43,788 nt of DNA from Alphaproteobacteria bacterium. Its GTDB lineage: Bacteria; Pseudomonadota; Alphaproteobacteria; Micavibrionales; UBA2020. The DNA lies in NCBI GenBank assembly GCA_029266795.1, contig JAQSWE010000003.1, positions 1-43,788 of the forward strand. The letters run 5' to 3'. Made by a program: the position numbers and the translations under genes. How positions within the stretch are numbered: the first letter of the stretch is position 1; the number at the start of each line of letters is the position of its first letter. This document shows positions 1 through 8,278 of the stretch, piece by piece. The notes under the pieces are model-generated. The model worked only from the letters and a program-made list of their open reading frames with translations. It did not search any database and had not been told where the DNA came from.

Positions 1-1
1 T

Positions 2-3000
2 TTGCGGGTCCATATTGGCGAGCGCCTTGATGTTAAAGGCCGTCGCTTCCACGCCGCCTTCGCTCCAGCGGTAATGGATGCCGCTTTCGCCCCAATGCGC
101 GGTCGCGTTATCCTTGTCTTCCGACACGCCGTTGACGATGTTTTGCGACAGCACGCGGCTGCGCTCCGCATTACCATACTTATGCTCGGCCAGTGCGAAC
201 AGTGCGCGGGTATAGGGGTTCAGCTTGCCGCGCATATCCCAAAGCCGCGTACGTTGCTTGTCGGCGCGCTGTTCCGGCGCGGTCGAGACATTCGACAGCG
301 CATGGAGCATCCAGGCCAGCATATCGGGCTGGTCTTCTTCCTCGACCAACTGATTACGCAGGAATTCCGACGCGCGGCTCAGCACATCGCCACGCACATC
401 CATGCCGGCTTCGTTGGCAAGGCTCAGCCCCCAAACCACGTAAGATGTCATGAAACGGTCGCTGTCGCCGTCTTTCCACCAGCCCCAGCCGCCATCACCA
501 TGTTGGAAATCATAGAGGCGCGTCAGCGCATCCGTCGTCATTTTATCGAGCTTGTTATAGGTCGTATCGGTACGGCGCTGCGGATGGCCTTGCGGGTCGT
601 TGCGCGACTCCAGCACGTCGCTCAAATATGCCTCCACATCCTCGCCCTTGATGCCCAGATCCTTCATCGTCTTGCGCACGATGATCGCGGGCAGGAAGCG
701 GCTCATGGTCTGCTCCACGCAGCCATAAGGGTATTCGGCGAGGTAGGGCAGCGCGTCCAGCAGGTTCGCCGCGAGTGAGGGCGAGATGGTCAGGCGTAAG
801 GACGTCGCTTCTTTGATACGTTCTTTCGGGATATTTACGGTTAGCTCCTTCGTCGTCTCGTCGCCCGTTGACTTCAGCACCAGCGATTGCGCGATGAATT
901 TTTCGATTCCGTGCGGGATAACCGGATAGGTTTTTCCCATCGCATCCGATGCTTTTTCCGATTTGGCGATGACGGTAATCTTCGCCATGCCAGCTTTCCC
1001 GGCAGATACCGCCCAGTCCACGCGCGTCTGCCCGTTGGCGGGCACGGTAACCGATGTCAGCTCGCCCTTCACGGGATGTCCATCCTTATAAAGGCCGGTG
1101 ACGGTCACGCCTTCCGCCTTGATGACAGGCTGCACGATGACAGGCTTGTCGGTCATGTTGTCGATCAGCGCAGAAACGTTCACAAGGTCGCGTTCGGTAA
1201 AGAATCGCGGCGCCTGCAGGCGGATCATCAGGTTCTTGTTCGACTTCACTTCATGCGTCACGCTGCCAATCGACGTTTCGCGCGTCGACGCGCGCGCGGT
1301 TGCACGCCATGTGGTGAGCGAATCAGGGAACGTGACCTTGACGGTTGCGCGCCCTTGCGCATCGGTTTTCAGCGATGGCAGCCAAGTAACAGTCGAGCGG
1401 AAATCACTGCGTACGCGCTCAGGCTCCTGTATCGGCGCACCATTGGCTTGCTCCATGCCAGCGGGCGCTTTCTTCTTTTCCATTTCGTTCTTATCGGCGG
1501 ACATTTCCTTGGCCGCGCGCTGCGCCATGGCGGGCGCAGGGACGGAATTGGGTGCCATAGACGATTTCATGACCGCGCTATCGGCAGCGGCAATCGCCCC
1601 CATGCCGCCAACGGCACCAAACCGCTGCCGGTCGCCCTCTTCACGCAAATCGTCCATACGACCGTCTTTTTTGCCGTTGCTGCGGCGGCGGTCATTTTCC
1701 TGATCAGTGATCAACTCGCCGTTTTCGCCCCGCATCAGCAGCGTATACGGCCGCTGGTAAAAACTTGCCTGTGTCTGGATGCTCAGCTGCTTCTTGTCGC
1801 CGTAGAAGAATTTGCGGATATCGGGCGCGAATTCGTCCTGGATATAGTAAATCGCGGCATCGGTCACGCCAATTGCGACTTCGGCTGCGACGGGCTTGCC
1901 GTCCTTGTCGGTCACTTCGATATCGAAACTGCCTTCTTCCTGCGGCTGGTATACGGCTTTGTCGGACGTCACCTTGACATTCAGGAACTTGTCGGATGGC
2001 GGCACGATCACCTGCAGCTGCGCCTGCTTGAGCTGGTACTGGCTGCCGCTGATGGCGTTGATGAAGATATTTGGGGTGTAATTGCCTTCGACCGGCAGTT
2101 CCACCAGCTTCACGCTGCCTTCCAGATGCAGCATTTTATAGTCATAGAGGTTGTCGCTTTCGAGCGAGAGCAGCACCCATGTATCCGGCACGTCGGAGAC
2201 GATCATCGCGCGCATCGTATCGCCCGCGTTGTACGTGTCTTTTTCCGTGATGATCTGCAACCCGCCATAGCGGTAGCCGATATTGGTCGCGTCGGTGTCG
2301 CAGACATAGATATTGGCAAGCGCCGTCACGGGGTTGCCGTTATCAAAACCTGTGAATTCGACCGTGTAGTAGCCGTTTTCCGACGGTTCAAATTCGAACA
2401 AAGCTTCGCCCTTGTCATTCGTTTTCACGAATTTCGTCATGATCTCGCGGCCTTCATAGCCGGCGGGAGTCACAACCTTGTCTTCCAGCACAACCGGATC
2501 ACGCCAGCTGTTGCGACGGATGATGACCTTTCCTTCGACGGCGACGGGTTTTTCGTCGGCAGTCAGCGTGCGGATCAGGGCCTGCGCCTTGTCGCCGGGG
2601 CGGTAGATGTTCTGCTTCGCCTCGACCGTCGCGTAATAGGCGGTTTTCATGACCTTGATATCGGCAGAGCCACGGATCTCGCGGCGGCTTTTGTCCACCA
2701 CGCGCACTTCGACATGGTATTGCAGGTCGCCTGAATCCTTTGCGGTCTCGATCTTGAATGTCGCCTTGCCGTCCTTGCCGGTTTTGATCTTTTCCTGCTT
2801 CATCAGCTGGCCGTAGCCGCCATAGCCGTAATTCTGCGGATACATATCGTCGTAATACCAGCTATAGGCGCGCCAAGGGCGGTAATAGCGGTAATAGGGG
2901 TTCTGGTAGACGAGGTATTCCACATCGGCATCCGCAACCGGCCCGCCAAAGTAATATTGTGAATCGATGGAAATATCGATCGTATCGCCCAGGCGATACG

Positions 3001-5008
3001 CGGCAATACCGTCTTTCGGTTCTTTCGGCGCGGGCGTCACGGTGACGGTGTATTCGGGAAGCTTGTATTCCTCCAGCCGGAACAGCTGCGCCGTGGAGAG
3101 CTGGTTGTTCGCATCCGCCGTATAAAGCTGTAGCGAATATTCACCCAGCACCGCCTTGTCGTCGAGCACCAGCTTGCCGTCAAACGCGCCGTAATCGTTT
3201 AGTGTGTAGTCCGATTCCAGCACCTGTTTTCCCTGCGCGTCGTAGATGCGCGCTTTCACCTTCAAACCTGCGGGCGCGGTGAACATGCCGTCCTTCGGCT
3301 GGCGCAGCATCGCCTTGAAGTTTACTGTTTCGTTAGGGCGATAGGCGGGGCGGTCGGTATAGGCGTAGAGCCAGTATTCGCCCTTATTGTTGCTGTAATA
3401 ATTGTAATAATTATTCTGCACGAAGGCTTGGCGATCCTCCGATGCCATCACGCCGAACACGCTATGCTGCTGCGAATAATTCAGTTTCGTATTACTGCGC
3501 AGCGCGGTTTTCAACAGGCCGTTATCGTCAGTGCGGCCTTCGTCGACGATCCAGCGCGTGTTGTTGGTATCGTCGTAATAGCTATAGGTATAGCGGATAT
3601 CGGCATTGGGGATGGGCTTGCCGGTTTTCGCATCCATCGCGAAGAACAGCCCCTTGTCATTCGCAACCTTGCTGACCAGCGCGACGTCGCTTACCAGTAC
3701 GAGGTCGAAAGCGGGCGCGAGGCTGCCGGCTGTCGCGACCATGATATAGGCACCTGTCGGCAACTGGCCGGTTTTCGGATCGGCTTTTTCACCGGTTTCC
3801 GCGCGCCAGTCGGCGAGGCTCTTGAATTCGTTATACTGAAGATGCTTGCCTTCTTCTTTCAGCGCCAGTTTTGCCTCGAGCGCGACGGGCAGGGATTTGT
3901 AACGGCCGGATTCGACCATTTTTTGCAGCATTTCCTGATAGCTGCCATAGCCTGAGCCGTCATCCTTCAGTTTCAGCTCTTTGCCGAGGTCGATTTTATA
4001 AAAAGCGATCTGCGCCGTTTTCACATTGCGCCAGCCGAGGCTGATCTGGATCTCCGAGCCTGGCAGGAAGGTATTAGCGACGCCCGCCGAGAGCTGCGGA
4101 TTGACGATGTATTCCATACGGCGCTTGGCGTCATCGACCCATTGCGACTGGCCTGTCTTGAATTTCGCCGTCAGCTGCTTGTAGGTCTTCACCGCCTCGA
4201 CGAATTCCGACTTGTTCTCGTAAAACATGCCGAGCTGGTAGAGCGCGTCATCCGCCCAGTCGGTATCACCGAAATCTTCGGCGATTGTCTCGAATTCCTC
4301 GATCGCCTTGTCGCGCAGTTTCTGGTCGCCGCTGTAATTCTGCTGCCATGCCATGGCAAGCCCGTAATGCGCGCGCGCCTTGTCGTTGTCGGACTCCGCC
4401 ACTTTCAGGATTTCGGCGAACAGCACCTGCAGCGATTCATTGCCCTGCGGCGGTACGGGGGGCACGGGCGCGATCATGCGCTTGCCGCCAAGGCGGATCG
4501 GGCGGATATCCGCGTTGTACCAGCCCCAGCGCGTGGTTATGAAATCGGCCAGCTGGAAGCTGATAGCGATAAATTCCTCGCGCGCGAGATCGACGTCGCT
4601 CGACCCCGCCCACCAGTCGCGCGCATCGTCGAGGTATTTCTTGATGTCCTGCGCCTTGCCATAGGCGTCGGTTTCGGTGTAGCGCGTGGCCAGCGAGACG
4701 CCGGCCTCCGCCCACCAGCGGTCATGATCCTTACCGTCGGCCAGTTCTTGCAATTTTTTCTGCGCCGATGCCAGTTTCGTTTCATCCTTCAGCTGGACGA
4801 TGCTGTCGCCCCATTTGAAAGCGGCTTCGCGCGCCACTTTCTCATCGGCTTTCTGGTCGAGGAATTTTTCGAATTCTGTTGCGGCCAACTGCCATGATTT
4901 TTCGGCATAATATTTGTTCGCCGTTTCAAGGTCGGCTGCCGTGTAGGCCTGCGCGCTTTGCGGCACGAACAGCGCCAGAACCAGTGCGAAAAACGCCAGA
5001 ATTTGCAT
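2..5008 (-). CDS. alpha-2-macroglobulin family protein (first 1669 codons; 3' end runs off the window)
   Basis: Own reverse-strand translation from ATG 5008. It shows signal peptide MQILAFFALVLALFVPQSAQA, YbgF/TPR-like helical repeats and beta-rich MG-like repeats. The A2M motif VRSDFRSTVTWLPSLKTD...PDSLTTWR is present, as is the thioester-type PYGCVEQTM (CVEQ = 710-721) and a TED-like DGGWGWW. The frame has no stop to the window edge, which is why the ORF track lacks it. The + strand ORFs here (e.g. 887..2734) are R/H-rich shadows. Confidence 0.85.
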   Translation of the reverse strand, partial: MQILAFFALVLALFVPQSAQAYTAADLETANKYYAEKSWQLAATEFEKFLDQKADEKVAREAAFKWGDSIVQLKDETKLASAQKKLQELADGKDHDRWWAEAGVSLATRYTETDAYGKAQDIKKYLDDARDWWAGSSDVDLAREEFIAISFQLADFITTRWGWYNADIRPIRLGGKRMIAPVPPVPPQGNESLQVLFAEILKVAESDNDKARAHYGLAMAWQQNYSGDQKLRDKAIEEFETIAEDFGDTDWADDALYQLGMFYENKSEFVEAVKTYKQLTAKFKTGQSQWVDDAKRRMEYIVNPQLSAGVANTFLPGSEIQISLGWRNVKTAQIAFYKIDLGKELKLKDDGSGYGSYQEMLQKMVESGRYKSLPVALEAKLALKEEGKHLQYNEFKSLADWRAETGEKADPKTGQLPTGAYIMVATAGSLAPAFDLVLVSDVALVSKVANDKGLFFAMDAKTGKPIPNADIRYTYSYYDDTNNTRWIVDEGRTDDNGLLKTALRSNTKLNYSQQHSVFGVMASEDRQAFVQNNYYNYYSNNKGEYWLYAYTDRPAYRPNETVNFKAMLRQPKDGMFTAPAGLKVKARIYDAQGKQVLESDYTLNDYGAFDGKLVLDDKAVLGEYSLQLYTADANNQLSTAQLFRLEEYKLPEYTVTVTPAPKEPKDGIAAYRLGDTIDISIDSQYYFGGPVADADVEYLVYQNPYYRYYRPWRAYSWYYDDMYPQNYGYGGYGQLMKQEKIKTGKDGKATFKIETAKDSGDLQYHVEVRVVDKSRREIRGSADIKVMKTAYYATVEAKQNIYRPGDKAQALIRTLTADEKPVAVEGKVIIRRNSWRDPVVLEDKVVTPAGYEGREIMTKFVKTNDKGEALFEFEPSENGYYTVEFTGFDNGNPVTALANIYVCDTDATNIGYRYGGLQIITEKDTYNAGDTMRAMIVSDVPDTWVLLSLESDNLYDYKMLHLEGSVKLVELPVEGNYTPNIFINAISGSQYQLKQAQLQVIVPPSDKFLNVKVTSDKAVYQPQEEGSFDIEVTDKDGKPVAAEVAIGVTDAAIYYIQDEFAPDIRKFFYGDKKQLSIQTQASFYQRPYTLLMRGENGELITDQENDRRRSNGKKDGRMDDLREEGDRQRFGAVGGMGAIAAADSAVMKSSMAPNSVPAPAMAQRAAKEMSADKNEMEKKKAPAGMEQANGAPIQEPERVRSDFRSTVTWLPSLKTDAQGRATVKVTFPDSLTTWRATARASTRETSIGSVTHEVKSNKNLMIRLQAPRFFTERDLVNVSALIDNMTDKPVIVQPVIKAEGVTVTGLYKDGHPVKGELTSVTVPANGQTRVDWAVSAGKAGMAKITVIAKSEKASDAMGKTYPVIPHGIEKFIAQSLVLKSTGDETTKELTVNIPKERIKEATSLRLTISPSLAANLLDALPYLAEYPYGCVEQTMSRFLPAIIVRKTMKDLGIKGEDVEAYLSDVLESRNDPQGHPQRRTDTTYNKLDKMTTDALTRLYDFQHGDGGWGWWKDGDSDRFMTSYVVWGLSLANEAGMDVRGDVLSRASEFLRNQLVEEEDQPDMLAWMLHALSNVSTAPEQRADKQRTRLWDMRGKLNPYTRALFALAEHKYGNAERSRVLSQNIVNGVSEDKDNATAHWGESGIHYRWSEGGVEATAFNIKALANMDPQ

Positions 5009-5164
5009 GACAGCACCCTTGCGGAGAAAATGTTGTAACAAGGATTAGACGCGGCATATCGCGCAATCCTTGGAAAATACTTTCCGATGATAGAGGGCGC
5101 GGCTTAACAACTTGTTAATTAAAGGGAAATCCGCAACGTGAACGGGCGTTATAACGCCGTTACG

Positions 5165-5668
5165 TCAATAATCGATCGTCATAATATTGTCGCCCTCGAA
5201 ATAAACTTCGTCGAGGTTCTTATCCGTTCCACCACGGTCGATGACCATGAAGTCGCAGACCTTGTCCAGCGCGAGGCTGTAATGATGCCATGTGCCGCGC
5301 GCGTAATTCACCCCCTGCTTCGGCCCGGCGAGGAAGGCGCGCATTTTCGACGCGTCGAAATCACCGGCGGGCGCGACCACAACCATATAGGGATGATTGT
5401 CGAGCGGGTAGAACGCCTGACTGGACAACGGATGCCGCTCCATCACCTTCAGCGCAATCGGGCGCGGTAGCGGTTTGGACCGGAAAATGCTGACCAGCGG
5501 CTGACCGCCATCCTGCAGCAAATCGAGTGTGGCGATACTGTGATACCGCTCGGTATTGCCGTAGTTGATATGGCGCAATTCCTGTGCCGTTGCTGTCTCC
5601 AGCACATCACCGAAGGGCTTGAAAGCGGCGGCAGTCAGCGGTTCGGGCTTTAAAATGCGGTTTTTCAT
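5165..5668 (-). CDS. allA: ureidoglycolate lyase (AllA family), 167 aa
   Basis: MKNRILKPEPLTAAAFKPFGDVLE...ERHPLSSQAFYPL...ARGTWHH matches the ureidoglycolate lyase/hydrolase fold. I chose the internal ATG at 5668 rather than the track start 5842, whose N-terminal extension is not protein-like and overlaps alc. The gene is divergent from the allantoicase gene. Confidence 0.8.
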   Translation of the reverse strand: MKNRILKPEPLTAAAFKPFGDVLETATAQELRHINYGNTERYHSIATLDLLQDGGQPLVSIFRSKPLPRPIALKVMERHPLSSQAFYPLDNHPYMVVVAPAGDFDASKMRAFLAGPKQGVNYARGTWHHYSLALDKVCDFMVIDRGGTDKNLDEVYFEGDNIMTIDY

Positions 5669-5747
5669 GGCACTTTCAGGGGGTTGCTTTGCCTGTCCAA
5701 TAGTTGCATAAAACGGGTATCCGTCAAACAAGCAATTGCAGGACATC

Positions 5748-6920
5748 ATGGCCAAAACGCCCGCGAAAAAAGCAGCCCCGAAAACAGCATCTAAAGCCGG
5801 GAAGCTCAACACCCATAACGGCCGCAAGCCGATCCCCGCCATCCTGATGGCCTATTCGGAATCGGATTTCACGAACCCCCACGAGGCGATGACCGCGCAG
5901 GAGCCGAAGGATTGCCGCGGCGATTTCACCCATATGGGCGCGAAATACTGGGGCTATGAGTCGCGCCGCCACATGGCGACCCGCGTGTCGCAACAGGGCG
6001 AAGCGCTCGATTTCAACCATGCAGCCCACAACTGGATGATCATCGGGCTGAAAAAGCGCGCCGTCATCGACGCCATCACCATCAGCACGAAATGGTACAC
6101 CGGAAACCAGGTGCAGGCGGCATCGGTTTTCCTGATCGACGATCTCGAAGGCGGTCAGGTGCAGGTGCTGAACCGCGCGAAGCTGAAGCCTGATTCAGAA
6201 CATGTCTTCAAGATCAAGCCCGCAACCGCGACGGAAGTTTATGTGGAGCTTTATTATGAAGGCGGCCTCTCCCGCATCAATTTCTTCGGCGAACTCGCCG
6301 ATGTGCAGCTGCCCGAACGGCGTAATCTGCTCGATGGCGCGAAGATCAGCCATGTCTCGAACATCCATTACGGCGTGCCCGACCGCGCGGTCGGCGGCGA
6401 CCGCCAGCAGATGTATATGTATGGCTGGGAATCGGCGCGCACCGGATACGGCGAACAGGCATTGTTCCACCTGAAAAAACCCGCCGTAATCGACGAAGTG
6501 ATTGTCGACACTTACCTCCACCGCCTCAATGCCCCAATGACCGCGCATGTCTATGGCCTGAACATGGCCGACAAAGGCGTGAAGGGCAAAAAACTGGATG
6601 CGCTGATGAAACTCGCCCCGAAATGGAGCGTCGTGTTCGATGGCGACAAGCATGTGGTGCCGAAGGATTTCAAAGATTACATGCTGAACCAGAAATACCT
6701 GAAGGAAAAAGGCGTTACCGATAACGAACAATTCCAGATCATGCTCCACCTGCCCAAGGGCAGCCCCTGGAAGCCGATCATCCCCTTCGCCCCGCTGTCA
6801 CCAGACACCTATCACCGCTATCGCGACGTGCAGGATGCAGGGCCCGTCACGCATGTGCTCTATATGCACTACGACAACGGCGGTATCCACGGCTTGAAGA
6901 TGTTCGGGACCGAAGCCTAA
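5748..6920 (+). CDS. alc: allantoicase-like protein (two allantoicase repeats), 390 aa
   Basis: There are two repeats. Repeat 1: GYESRR ... HNWMIIGL..AVIDAITISTKWYTGNQ ... YYEGGLSRINFFG. Repeat 2: GWESAR ... AVIDEVIVDTY ... HYDNGGIHGLKMFG. These mirror GWETRR / DVDTxHFxGN / DGGxxRLRxxG of allantoicases. The ATG at 5748 has AGGA 5 nt upstream; the track start 5736 is a TTG. Confidence 0.7.
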   Translation: MAKTPAKKAAPKTASKAGKLNTHNGRKPIPAILMAYSESDFTNPHEAMTAQEPKDCRGDFTHMGAKYWGYESRRHMATRVSQQGEALDFNHAAHNWMIIGLKKRAVIDAITISTKWYTGNQVQAASVFLIDDLEGGQVQVLNRAKLKPDSEHVFKIKPATATEVYVELYYEGGLSRINFFGELADVQLPERRNLLDGAKISHVSNIHYGVPDRAVGGDRQQMYMYGWESARTGYGEQALFHLKKPAVIDEVIVDTYLHRLNAPMTAHVYGLNMADKGVKGKKLDALMKLAPKWSVVFDGDKHVVPKDFKDYMLNQKYLKEKGVTDNEQFQIMLHLPKGSPWKPIIPFAPLSPDTYHRYRDVQDAGPVTHVLYMHYDNGGIHGLKMFGTEA

Positions 6921-8278
6921 CTCCGGCGGCGGTCGCGCTTTAGCAGGCTGAAGGCAAAAACCACGACTAGCGCAAGCGTCGCCAGCAGCACACCAATCCG
7001 CAAGATGGACGGCGCCTGCAGGCTATCGCCTTGGGTCGTGAAATCGACCGTGTCGACAATGACCGACAATGTACTGATCAGCGTGAAGGCCAGCATGAAC
7101 AACCCGAGCTTCTTGTTCTGCAGATGGTTCAGGTTTTCGCGGATGCGGTTATAGATTTTTTCGACCAGTTCCAGTTTCGTGTTCAGGTTGTCGAAACGGT
7201 CGCGCGTATGCCACGCCTTTTCAAGCGCATGCCAGATTTTCAAACCCTGCGGGTCGAGGCTGTTGTCGAAATCGTCATAGACGGCCTTGAATAGAGTCAC
7301 TTTTGACTGATATTCGACGATGATTTCCGACTGGCGCTCCAGCAGTTTCATGTCTTGCGAATGTTTCTGGCGGTCGAGCTCGTTCGACAGGAAAAACAGG
7401 TCGCGGTCGATATCTTCCGCCGCCACATAAAAAATATTCTGCGCCCGCACCATGCTGAGCAGCGTGCCGAGCTGTTTGGGCTGGATGGCGGCGGCATCAT
7501 ACACCTCCGCCGAATTGCCGTTGCCGGGATAGACGGATAGGCCGGGAATAACGGACGCATCCTCGATCAGGTGTGCCTGTTCGCTAAAGATCAACTGCTT
7601 TGCGGCTTGCTTTTCCAGCTCATCGCCGCCCGCGCAGGCGACATGGAACACGCGGTGCACCCAGAACAGGTCGCCGATGCCCTGAAAAATGCTGCTATTG
7701 CTCCAATAGCTGTTCTTGCGGCTGCCGTAGAAACTGGCGAGCGTGTATTCCGGCAGCAACTTGCCCGCCGCCCGCTCAAACGTCTCGACATATAGCGGGC
7801 GGTAGGATGATAACAGCGAACTCGCCTTTTCCGTCGCCACGCGGAATTCATCCATCGTCAGGTCGCGCAAGGCCTCGATCTCGCCCTCGAAAGTGACCGA
7901 GCCATAGCCCATGTCGTAAAGGCGGATATCAATCGCGTGGATATGAAACAGGCAGTCATTTTCATGCTGCAGCACCTGCAGCAGTTGATGCGCGGCGAGC
8001 GCCGCCGCCAATTCCCTGTCCTCCAGCGTGCGGCCCGCGAAATAACCGGGGATGATCGTATTGCCGCGCCGCGTATCGGCATCGATCTTCATTTTGTTGC
8101 CGCGCAGGCCTTGTGTCGGCGTATACCAATGCCCGCCTGCCATGCCCGCCACGAATTCCTGCTGGTAGGCTGCATACCCCTTCGCCAGCAGCGCGCGGCT
8201 GTCGATGACGAGGCCCGAGCGCATGGGCCCGTTGAACGTCATGTCGCGCCGCTGGTGCTTCGGCAGGAAGATCGTCAT
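6917..8278 (-). CDS. hypothetical membrane protein: large soluble N-domain, coiled coil, C-terminal TM-loop-TM hairpin (CorA / DUF155-like topology), 453 aa
   Basis: ATG 8278 overlaps the TGA of the upstream M48 gene (ATGA at 8275-8278). The C-terminus reads ...NLNHLQNKKLGLFMLAFTLISTLSVIVDTVDFTTQGDSLQAPSILRIGVLLATLALVVVFAFSLLKRDRRRS. No GMN motif is present and I recognise no enzymatic motif. Confidence 0.6.
   Translation of the reverse strand: MTIFLPKHQRRDMTFNGPMRSGLVIDSRALLAKGYAAYQQEFVAGMAGGHWYTPTQGLRGNKMKIDADTRRGNTIIPGYFAGRTLEDRELAAALAAHQLLQVLQHENDCLFHIHAIDIRLYDMGYGSVTFEGEIEALRDLTMDEFRVATEKASSLLSSYRPLYVETFERAAGKLLPEYTLASFYGSRKNSYWSNSSIFQGIGDLFWVHRVFHVACAGGDELEKQAAKQLIFSEQAHLIEDASVIPGLSVYPGNGNSAEVYDAAAIQPKQLGTLLSMVRAQNIFYVAAEDIDRDLFFLSNELDRQKHSQDMKLLERQSEIIVEYQSKVTLFKAVYDDFDNSLDPQGLKIWHALEKAWHTRDRFDNLNTKLELVEKIYNRIRENLNHLQNKKLGLFMLAFTLISTLSVIVDTVDFTTQGDSLQAPSILRIGVLLATLALVVVFAFSLLKRDRRRS

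Noticed and set aside
887-2734. Long + strand ORF (615 aa) and many other long antisense ORFs in the track (e.g. 8533..10134 +, 23467..24990 -, 27381..28583 -, 34909..36114 +, 40510..41544 +, 18879..20024 -).
   Set aside because: Their translations are R/A/G/H-rich, motif-free and low-complexity. Each lies exactly antisense to a gene with strong family signatures. This is typical of GC-rich shadow ORFs.
5141-5161. Hairpin AACGGGCGTT-ATAACGCCGTT right after the allA stop, as an intrinsic terminator.
   Set aside because: The stem is bulged and, on the transcribed (minus) strand, is not followed by a U-tract. I did not consider it supportable as a terminator call.
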